DNA from: Bacillota bacterium | GTDB taxonomy: Bacteria; Bacillota; Dehalobacteriia; UBA4068 | Direction of reading: 5' to 3' | Length of the DNA: 64,000 nucleotides | NCBI GenBank assembly: GCA_050942825.1 | Contig: JBMNOA010000004.1 | Coordinates: forward strand, 357-64,356 | Shown here: positions 56,872 through 64,000 of the stretch, piece after piece | Numbering within the stretch: position 1 is the first letter of the stretch | Layout of the letters: the number at the start of each line of letters is the position of its first letter | Notes under the pieces: model-generated | Seen by the model: only the letters and a program-made list of their open reading frames with translations | The model's database searches: none | Told to the model about the DNA's origin: nothing | Translations under genes and position numbers: made by a program

Positions 56872-59800
56872 TCATAATTTTACTGAAATAATTTTCGAGA
56901 TACCTTCTTCTGCCATGGTCACACCCCAAAGAGAGGAGGCCGTCTCCATAGTACCCTGACGATGTGAAATAAGTAGAAATTGTGTATTTTGTGCTAAATC
57001 TTTTATATAATCAGCGAAACGGTTAACATTAGACTCATCCAATGCTGCATCTACTTCATCCATCACACAAAAAGGCATCGGGCGTACAGCTAAGACAGCA
57101 AACAGGAAAGATAGGCCAACTAAGGTTTTTTCCCCTCCTGATAAAAGATTATGATTTATCACCTTTTTGCCTGGGGGCTGCACTGCCATCTCCACGCCGG
57201 TCTCCAGAATATTATCAGGCTGGCTCATAACTAAAGCTGCCGTACCTCCATTAAAAAGGCGGGCAAAAGACTTGTTGAATTCCTGGCTCAATTGCTCAAA
57301 GACCTTAACGAACTGAGAGGTCAAAATAGTATCCATATCCTTTACTATACTATGCAATGAATCTATGGCCTCCAGGAGATCCTGCCTCTGCTCAGTCAAA
57401 AATTGATGACGCTCGGAGACAGCTTTATACTCTTCTATAGCAGCAATATTTACTATACCCAAAGCTGTGATTTGTTCACGCAGTTGCTTGAGACGCATAG
57501 TCATTTCTCTTGGGGACAGTTGCGGTTTCTCCAGTAAAACCGCCTGATCAAATGTCATACAGAATTTTTCTTGCAATTTATGCTCTTCATTGTACCATTC
57601 CGATTCCAAACGAGTCTTTTTCAGTTCCAATTGATGGCATAAAGAGCGCAGTTCCAGCACAGCCTGGCTTTGCTCTTTAATGCGTTTTTTCAGCTGCTGG
57701 CTTTGCTCCATTTCCGCCGATAGGCCGTGGCGTTTGGCGGTCAATTCCGCCTCTTTTTCCATGGCTTGTCTTTCCCAGAGCAATAACTGCCCTTTTCCAT
57801 CATTTTCTTTAACAATCAGATCCCCCAGCTCTTTGATAAGCTGGTCTAGATCGGCGCACTTACTTTCCTGCTCCCACAAGTTATCTTCGATCTCGCTTGC
57901 TAATCTTTGCTCGTTTTGCTGCAAATCAGTGATTTTTTGCTGCAGGCCGGCCAATTTCACTTTGAAGGCTGTTATATCTTCCTTTTCGGCTTCATTATGG
58001 GTTTGTTTTTCAGCCAATTGTTGCTGCAACTTTTCTACCTGCTGCATTAATAGATCATAATCATACTCTTTTTGCTGTAATTCCAGTGCCAATTCTTGTT
58101 CTTTTTCTGCTATATCCTTATTCTCTGCTCGCAGATTTTTAATTTCCTGCATAATAGCAGACAATTGCTTCTTGCTTAATTGACCTGATAAAAGCAGTTG
58201 CTCCTGGTCTTTTTGCGCAGCGTAGATAGCTTTGGTCAAATCCCTTATTTCTTGAGTGGTCTTTTCTACCTGTTCCTGCTTTTGTGCCAGGGATAAGCGC
58301 GCCGCTTGCAATTTATCCACCCACAGCACAAGCTCTTTTTCCAAAACAACCAGCTCTTCTTTACAAGTTTTTAAGGCGCTCTTTTTGCTCAATAGGTCAG
58401 CACTTTTTTTATGCTTGCTGCCACCGGATAAAGTAGCACCGGGATTTATCATATCCCCTTCCAAAGTAACCACGCTATAACGATAATTGACAGCCTTGGC
58501 TGCTGCTGCTGCCACATCCAGATCAGAGACTATCAAGGTATTAGCTAATAAGAAATCAACTGCATCCTTGATTTTTAGCGGATAAGAAACCAGTTCACTA
58601 GCTCTGCCGTAGACTCCTTTAATAGACAGTGCTTTACTAAAATCGGCTTTCTCCCTTACCTTCAAAGTATCCAGGGGCAAAAATGTAGCCCTGCCACCAT
58701 TTACCGTTTTTAGATAAGCAATAGCACTTTTGGCAGCCGCTTCTGTCTCAGCTACCATACTTTGCAAAGAGGCGCCTAAATATGTCTCTATAGCTACCTG
58801 ATATTGAGACGGTACATCCAATAAAGAAGCCATGGCATCTATCACGCCCGCTACTGCCTTTTCCTCTTGCTTTTTGGCTAGCAAGATACTTTTGATGCCG
58901 GGGAAAAAGCCTTCATAATTTTTAGCCATTTCTTCCAATATTGCCAAACGAGAGGAAAGCGCATGAACACGGTAACGGCAATCAGTTTCCCTACCTGCTA
59001 GCTCCTGCACATTCTCATTAAGCCCCAGTATATCCTTTTGTCCTCTTGATAATACGTATTCCTGATGCTCTCTTTGTTTTTTCAAATTTTGTATCTTCTC
59101 ATGCAAATCCTTTTCTTGTGTCGAAAGTCCAAACAAAAAATTATCCAGCTCGGCCTTTTGTTGTTCCAGACGTTTGATAGCTTGGAGATTATTTTCTGAT
59201 AATTGCTTTTGATAGCGTATTTTATTACGGCAATCTGCTAAAAAACCCGCTGATGCGAATATCTGTTCTTTGGCCTTATCAAGGCTATCTTGTAAAAAAG
59301 CAACTGCTTGTTTGCGGCTTTTTTCATCGGATTCTCCGGCAACTATTTGTTTTTGTTGCTCATCTATAGCTGCTGATAATTCTTGTATCTGTGCCTTTAG
59401 AGCTTCGATCTGTTCTTGTTTGGTTTCATTGATAACATTGATATCTTCCAGCTCTTTTTCCAATCTGGCTTTATTTTGCAAACAAGCCTCTTTTTGGGCA
59501 CTTAACACCTTGAGATCGGAAAACAATTGTTCTTTTTGAGTCTTTAATTGATAAAATTGTTGTTGCAGCCGGGAAGCTTCTTGATCCAAATTAGCGATCA
59601 AAAGGTTTAGTTCCTCCGCTTGTGTTTCTAGTTGCAATTGATGTGTTTCTTTGTCCAAACAATCATTTTGGACCTGTTGTAATTGTTTGTTTATGTAGGT
59701 CAATTTTTCTTTGGTCTCACTGAGTATGTTAACAATCAGCGCTATTTCCAGCTGATCGGCTTCCTCGTTCAAAGATAGATAGCGGCCTGCGATTTCCGAC

Positions 59801-60423
59801 TGCTCGGATAGAGGCTGTAACCTGGATGATAACTCATTAATAATATCACTTACTCTTTCTAAATGACGTTCGGTTTCCTCTAATTTACGCAAAGCTTCTT
59901 TTTTACGATTACGATACTTGAGTATGCCGGCTGTCTCCTCAACTAGCATCCTTCTTTCTTCGGGTTTGGCATGTATTATTTCATGTATCTTATCTTGTCC
60001 GATCAAAGAAATGCCTTCTAGACCCACGCCACTGTCTATAAAAAGGTTATGAATATCTTTGAGGCGACAAGGCTTATTATTGAGCAAATATTCACTTTGA
60101 CCGGAACGAAAGACCCGGCGGGTCACAACCACTTCAGTAAAAGGCTGATGCAAATAACTGTCACTGTTATCTAAAATTATGCTGACTTCGGCCATGCCGA
60201 GGGCCCGCCTTTTTTTTGATCCGGCAAATATCACATCTTCCAGTTTACCGCCCCTCAAGGTTTTGGCACTTTGCTCACCAAAAACCCAACGTAAAGCATC
60301 GGCTATATTTGATTTGCCGCTGCCGTTAGGTCCAACGATACAGGAAATACCCGGTTCTAACTGGATTTGAGTTTTATCGGTAAAAGACTTAAAACCTAAT
60401 AGTTCGATTCTTTTGAGATACAT
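56872..60423 (-). CDS. smc: Chromosome segregation protein SMC
   Basis: GPNGSGKSN, hinge GRATFLPL, LSGGE, DEVDAALD. Confidence 0.98.
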   Translation of the reverse strand: MYLKRIELLGFKSFTDKTQIQLEPGISCIVGPNGSGKSNIADALRWVFGEQSAKTLRGGKLEDVIFAGSKKRRALGMAEVSIILDNSDSYLHQPFTEVVVTRRVFRSGQSEYLLNNKPCRLKDIHNLFIDSGVGLEGISLIGQDKIHEIIHAKPEERRMLVEETAGILKYRNRKKEALRKLEETERHLERVSDIINELSSRLQPLSEQSEIAGRYLSLNEEADQLEIALIVNILSETKEKLTYINKQLQQVQNDCLDKETHQLQLETQAEELNLLIANLDQEASRLQQQFYQLKTQKEQLFSDLKVLSAQKEACLQNKARLEKELEDINVINETKQEQIEALKAQIQELSAAIDEQQKQIVAGESDEKSRKQAVAFLQDSLDKAKEQIFASAGFLADCRNKIRYQKQLSENNLQAIKRLEQQKAELDNFLFGLSTQEKDLHEKIQNLKKQREHQEYVLSRGQKDILGLNENVQELAGRETDCRYRVHALSSRLAILEEMAKNYEGFFPGIKSILLAKKQEEKAVAGVIDAMASLLDVPSQYQVAIETYLGASLQSMVAETEAAAKSAIAYLKTVNGGRATFLPLDTLKVREKADFSKALSIKGVYGRASELVSYPLKIKDAVDFLLANTLIVSDLDVAAAAAKAVNYRYSVVTLEGDMINPGATLSGGSKHKKSADLLSKKSALKTCKEELVVLEKELVLWVDKLQAARLSLAQKQEQVEKTTQEIRDLTKAIYAAQKDQEQLLLSGQLSKKQLSAIMQEIKNLRAENKDIAEKEQELALELQQKEYDYDLLMQQVEKLQQQLAEKQTHNEAEKEDITAFKVKLAGLQQKITDLQQNEQRLASEIEDNLWEQESKCADLDQLIKELGDLIVKENDGKGQLLLWERQAMEKEAELTAKRHGLSAEMEQSQQLKKRIKEQSQAVLELRSLCHQLELKKTRLESEWYNEEHKLQEKFCMTFDQAVLLEKPQLSPREMTMRLKQLREQITALGIVNIAAIEEYKAVSERHQFLTEQRQDLLEAIDSLHSIVKDMDTILTSQFVKVFEQLSQEFNKSFARLFNGGTAALVMSQPDNILETGVEMAVQPPGKKVINHNLLSGGEKTLVGLSFLFAVLAVRPMPFCVMDEVDAALDESNVNRFADYIKDLAQNTQFLLISHRQGTMETASSLWGVTMAEEGISKIISVKL

Positions 60424-60508
60424 CGAAACCTCCGCAAGGCATAATTGCCTTATATTATACCATAATATAGTATAAATTACCAGTTACGGGCTCATAAAAC
60501 TGCTTGGC

Positions 60509-61588
60509 TTAAGGCATCGTTTTTTCGTAAATCTGTAAAAATTCTTTATATGACAAAACAAATTTTTGTGAGTCTTTGGCGATAGCAATAGCATTTTCCG
60601 AGAGTTTATCATCAGCATGAAAACGCGGCCTTTGGCCTGATTTTTCTTGCAGCCAGAGCTTATTGCTTTTGTGATGCCCGATAGATTCCGGTAATTGACG
60701 CTTAGGTATATAGATATCTTGCGGCCAAAAGCCGGCCAAAGTGATGGCAGTTATTAATTGTTGTTTTTTCAAAGCGCTGCGCACCAAATGACCAAAAGCA
60801 GCATCATAGGGGCCCTCAAGAAGGGCTGCCTCTACATCAGCAGAGGGATTTATACCTATACGGATCACAGGTATATCGGCTAAAGCAAAAATTGCTGCCA
60901 TATCCCTACACACCCTGACAGCCTCTTCGACGGTCTGCGGCCTATATTGGCCATTCTCATAAAGAAGAGCTAAAGGCGTATGACGCAAAACCAAAGTAGG
61001 ATAAATTCTCACCATAGCAGGTCTAATCTTGACAGCCTCCCTGGCGGAAAAAAGGCTTTGTTTTATATCATCCTGGGGCAATCCCGTCATCAGTTGTAGG
61101 CCCAGAATAAAACCTTTTTCCAGGATAAGATGAGCGGCTCTTTTAGCAGTATCGCTGTCATATCCTCTACCGGAGGCTCGTAAAACCTGATCGGAAAAGG
61201 ACTGTATGCCCAGTTCAATGGTATTGACTCCATAGGCAGCAAGAAAATCCAGCTCTTGTTCATCTATATAATCAGGACGGGTGGAGATACGGATTGACTT
61301 GATACGTCCATCAGCCAAATATGGCTGTGCAAATGACAAGTATTGCTCTTGTTTTTGTTTAGGCAAGGCGGAAAAACTCCCGCCATAAAAAGCTAGCTCC
61401 GGAATATCATGATCGCAGCGGGCTACAGCTTCGGCAATATCTGCTTGGTCAGGTCCTTGCTTGTAGCCGCTTATTGCCGTTTGATCACAATATATACATT
61501 GATGCGGGCAACCTTGCATAGGAATAAAAAAAGGCAAAATGGTATTTTTTGCCTTTTTTAGCATTTTACTGTTATTTATTCTTAACAT
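60509..61588 (-). CDS. Elp3-like radical SAM protein of unknown function
   Basis: GCPHQCIYC, FYGGSF, STRPD, IELGIQS, GLQLMTGLP, RIYPT. Confidence 0.85.
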   Translation of the reverse strand: MLRINNSKMLKKAKNTILPFFIPMQGCPHQCIYCDQTAISGYKQGPDQADIAEAVARCDHDIPELAFYGGSFSALPKQKQEQYLSFAQPYLADGRIKSIRISTRPDYIDEQELDFLAAYGVNTIELGIQSFSDQVLRASGRGYDSDTAKRAAHLILEKGFILGLQLMTGLPQDDIKQSLFSAREAVKIRPAMVRIYPTLVLRHTPLALLYENGQYRPQTVEEAVRVCRDMAAIFALADIPVIRIGINPSADVEAALLEGPYDAAFGHLVRSALKKQQLITAITLAGFWPQDIYIPKRQLPESIGHHKSNKLWLQEKSGQRPRFHADDKLSENAIAIAKDSQKFVLSYKEFLQIYEKTMP

Positions 61589-61599
61589 AAAACCACTCT

Positions 61600-62316
61600 T
61601 TATCTTATTTGTTTGAGCCAGCTTTCCCGATTGAGCCAAGCCTCGGCAGCTGCTGCTTGCTCGCTTTCCTTTTTGCTTTTACCCTTACCTTGTCCCAGAA
61701 ATACCTTATCGTAACAAACTGCCGAGACAAATTGTTTATCATGATCAGGCCCGCTAATATCTAATACTTTATAGTAAACGGTCTTATTACCATACTTTTG
61801 TACAATTTCCTGCAACAGGCTTTTTTTATCCTCAAAATCCTCTTTGGTCAAATTATCCATCACGGAAGAAAATTGTTTAACGACAAAACTTCTAGCCGCA
61901 TCCATGCCCATACCAAGGTAAATAGCACCAATAACTGCTTCTAAAGCATCGGCCAAAATAGATGGTCTGTGCCTATCACCGCCAATCTCCGCTCCTTTGC
62001 CTAACCGCAAAGCTTTGTCTAAACCCAACTCAGCAGCTTTAGCAGCCAAGCTGGCTTCACATACTATCAAGGCACGCATTTTGGTCAGATCCCCCTCCAG
62101 CGAGGAGGGATAGGTATTAAAAAGATATTCTCCAACCAAGAAGTCTAATATAGCATCGCCTAAAAATTCTAATCTTTGATTATCCTTGGCAGGCATTTTA
62201 TGACCTTCATAAAATGTCGGATGAGTCAAAGCCTGGACCAGAAGAGGCCAGCATGAATCAGTAAGCTGTAATTTATTTTTCAATTCCGTTATTTGTAAAT
62301 TTTTATACTTATTCAT
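61600..62316 (-). CDS. rnc: Ribonuclease III
   Basis: NQRLEFLGDAIL, ADALEAVIGAIY; dsRBD with G.G.SKKESEQ.AA. Confidence 0.97.
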   Translation of the reverse strand: MNKYKNLQITELKNKLQLTDSCWPLLVQALTHPTFYEGHKMPAKDNQRLEFLGDAILDFLVGEYLFNTYPSSLEGDLTKMRALIVCEASLAAKAAELGLDKALRLGKGAEIGGDRHRPSILADALEAVIGAIYLGMGMDAARSFVVKQFSSVMDNLTKEDFEDKKSLLQEIVQKYGNKTVYYKVLDISGPDHDKQFVSAVCYDKVFLGQGKGKSKKESEQAAAAEAWLNRESWLKQIR

Positions 62317-62337
62317 ATTACTTCCTTGTGAATGAGG

Positions 62338-62568
62338 TTATTTGAGCTTCGCAGCTACCAGCTCTGCTACTTCTCCAACATTATTAAGACGGCTGATTTC
62401 GGAATCATCAATGGCAATATCAAATTCTTCCTCCACAGCAATAATAAATTCCAAAACTACCAAAGAATCCATACCCAGATCATCGAATTTTGTTTGCGGT
62501 TTGATCAAAAATTCTTCTAAATTTATCTGCTGAGATAAAATCTTCGTCACTTTTTGTAGTTCATCCAT
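62338..62568 (-). CDS. acpP: Acyl carrier protein
   Basis: DLGMDSLVVLE (phosphopantetheine Ser), EEEFDI.I.D; may be an AcpB-type paralog. Confidence 0.85.
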   Translation of the reverse strand: MDELQKVTKILSQQINLEEFLIKPQTKFDDLGMDSLVVLEFIIAVEEEFDIAIDDSEISRLNNVGEVAELVAAKLK

Positions 62569-62611
62569 AATTCTACCTCCTTGAAAAGAAGTATTTGATG
62601 TTTTTGATATC

Positions 62612-63637
62612 TTATGCATCAACTTTGTCTTTTAGGTCCTCCGAGTCTTGTTTTTTTTCATTATTTTTATTGAGGGCTTGATTTATTTTAGCTACAAAAT
62701 CTCCTTTGAGGCATTTCTCAGCAACTTTTATGGCATTTTTGATAGCCTTGGCATTAGAACTTCCATGACAAATAATGCTGATACCTTTCACTCCGACTAA
62801 AGGAGCACCTCCATATTCGGCATAATCCATGCTTTTTTTAATATCTTTAAAGGCAGGACGCACCAACATGCCTCCGATTTTACGGTTGGCGCTCTTTTGC
62901 AATTCTTCTTTGATTATTGAAAAAAGTGTGGAAGAGAGCCCTTCCATGAGCTTAAGAACCACATTGCCCGTAAAACCATCGGTGACTAAAACATCATAAT
63001 TACCGGCTGCCACATCTCTACCTTCTCTGTTACCAATAAAATTCACACCGGAGGCCTCAAGCAAATTATGCGCCTCTACAGCCAATTTATTACCCTTGCC
63101 TGCTTCGGAACCGTTAGACAAAAGAGCCACTTGAGGATCATCTATACCGAGTACTATTTTAGCATAAATATCCCCCATCAAGGCAAATTGCAGCAGCATT
63201 AGGGCAGTGCAATCGGCATTAGCACCAACATCAAGCAATATCTTGCCGCCGCGGGCCGTAGGGATAACAGTAGCGAGGGCGGGGCGGGAAATACCCGCTA
63301 TGCGCCCAAAAAGCAATAGTCCGCAAGCCATTTGCGCTGCTGTAGATCCGGCGGAGACCACAGCGTCGGCCGCTCCATCTTTTACTAATTTACTGGCTAC
63401 CCAAATAGAGGAATCTTTTTTTCCCATCAAATTTTCTACAGGCTCGTCCATACCCATAACTGTAGCGGCCATGACGGTACTGACATTATTAGGCAAAGCA
63501 CTTAATGTTTGCAATACTTCACTTTTACCAACAAGGATTATTTGTAGCTGAGGATTTTCAGTAGCCGCTTTTACGGCTCCTTCCACAATGACCTGGGGAG
63601 CGAAATCCCCACCCATTATATCAACTGCTATACGCAA
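62612..63637 (-). CDS. plsX: Phosphate acyltransferase PlsX
   Basis: IAVDIMGGDFAP, LDVGAN, DGFTGNV.LK, GVKG.....HGSS. Confidence 0.96.
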   Translation of the reverse strand: MRIAVDIMGGDFAPQVIVEGAVKAATENPQLQIILVGKSEVLQTLSALPNNVSTVMAATVMGMDEPVENLMGKKDSSIWVASKLVKDGAADAVVSAGSTAAQMACGLLLFGRIAGISRPALATVIPTARGGKILLDVGANADCTALMLLQFALMGDIYAKIVLGIDDPQVALLSNGSEAGKGNKLAVEAHNLLEASGVNFIGNREGRDVAAGNYDVLVTDGFTGNVVLKLMEGLSSTLFSIIKEELQKSANRKIGGMLVRPAFKDIKKSMDYAEYGGAPLVGVKGISIICHGSSNAKAIKNAIKVAEKCLKGDFVAKINQALNKNNEKKQDSEDLKDKVDA

Positions 63638-63688
63638 AACTTTTCCCCCTTAAATATCGATTATATCAATAATAGATTATTTATATAT

Positions 63689-63717
63689 ATCATAAATTAA
63701 TAGTAAACTTTTAGCAA
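63689..63717 (-). promoter_or_regulatory. plsX sigma-A promoter
   Basis: TTGCTA-17-TATGAT. Confidence 0.6.
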
Positions 63718-63727
63718 GTCAGATAAA

Positions 63728-63755
63728 ATAAAAAATCCCCCTTATGGGGGATTTT
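63728..63755 (-). terminator. Terminator after the deacetylase gene
   Basis: AAAATCCCCC-ttat-GGGGGATTTT with a U-tract on the minus strand. Confidence 0.8.
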
Positions 63756-64000
63756 GTCCATACTCAACTTTATAAGCAAAATCTTCAATACTATCTTGAG
63801 GTCCTACAGCGATCCGAGGCAAAGCATATAAATCACTATCTTTTGTTACTAAACCAGATTTAATGCCTAAAGCTGCAGGGGAGCCGCTTTTTTGACACAT
63901 AAATATCACGGTATCATTAAAAACCCCATAAGGATATGCCAGCACAGGCTGGTCATTACCCAAGTAATCTTTCAAAAACCTGTTGGCCATAAAAAAATCA
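63742..64000 (-). CDS. Polysaccharide deacetylase (NodB/PgaB-like), C-terminal part; runs off the right edge
   Basis: LAYPYG...G...A...G......D.YALPRI.V; frame stays open to the window end. Confidence 0.75.
   Translation of the reverse strand, partial: DFFMANRFLKDYLGNDQPVLAYPYGVFNDTVIFMCQKSGSPAALGIKSGLVTKDSDLYALPRIAVGPQDSIEDFAYKVEYGQNPP

Noticed and set aside
71-63551. All plus-strand ORFs in the track (e.g. 5335-6000, 6934-7452, 22379-23077) and the short alternative-frame minus ORFs
   Set aside because: They are antisense or out-of-frame shadows of well-conserved genes, without RBS or recognisable motifs
63690-63720. FapR operator at plsX
   Set aside because: Only a TAGTA half-match, no palindrome, and no fapR gene in the locus

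Overview
A core-chromosome segment from an endospore-forming, anaerobic Firmicute (Clostridia-like; inferred from spoIIIAA-AH, spoVS, ytvI, a clostridial ferredoxin and trmFO). Every credible gene (about 60) lies on the minus strand; the plus-strand ORFs in the track look like antisense shadows. In transcription order (right to left): polysaccharide deacetylase (partial), plsX-acp-rnc-radical SAM-smc-ftsY, a MTA/MTI salvage pair, ylxM-ffh-rpsP-khpA-rimM-trmD(fusion)-rplS, efp, spoIIIA, asp23-amaP-nusB, a TsaD paralog, a three-subunit HydABC/StnABC-like flavo-FeS complex, xseAB-ispA, a DAGK-family kinase, a secreted nuclease, comM, hydrolase-murF-ddl, dprA-topA-trmFO-xerC-hslVU, rpsB-tsf-pyrH-frr-ferredoxin, uppS-cdsA-ytvI-dxr-rseP-ispG-proS, gamma-CA, recA-recX, rny-ymdB-spoVS-dipeptidase (partial). 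I found no rRNA, tRNA, CRISPR array or mobile element. Two genes missing from the ORF track were recovered by hand: a 55-aa 2[4Fe-4S] ferredoxin and the partial dipeptidase. Best leads: (1) a ~220-nt multi-stem RNA with its own sigma-A promoter and terminator upstream of rny; (2) a compact electron-bifurcating transhydrogenase-like complex whose large subunit has a 4-Cys insertion and a truncated C-terminus; (3) an alpha/beta-hydrolase + membrane-anchored MurF + Ddl module lying between comM and dprA behind a consensus SigH-like promoter; (4) a TrmD-Tm1570 double-SPOUT fusion. All family assignments come from motif recognition by eye; no database search or folding program was run.
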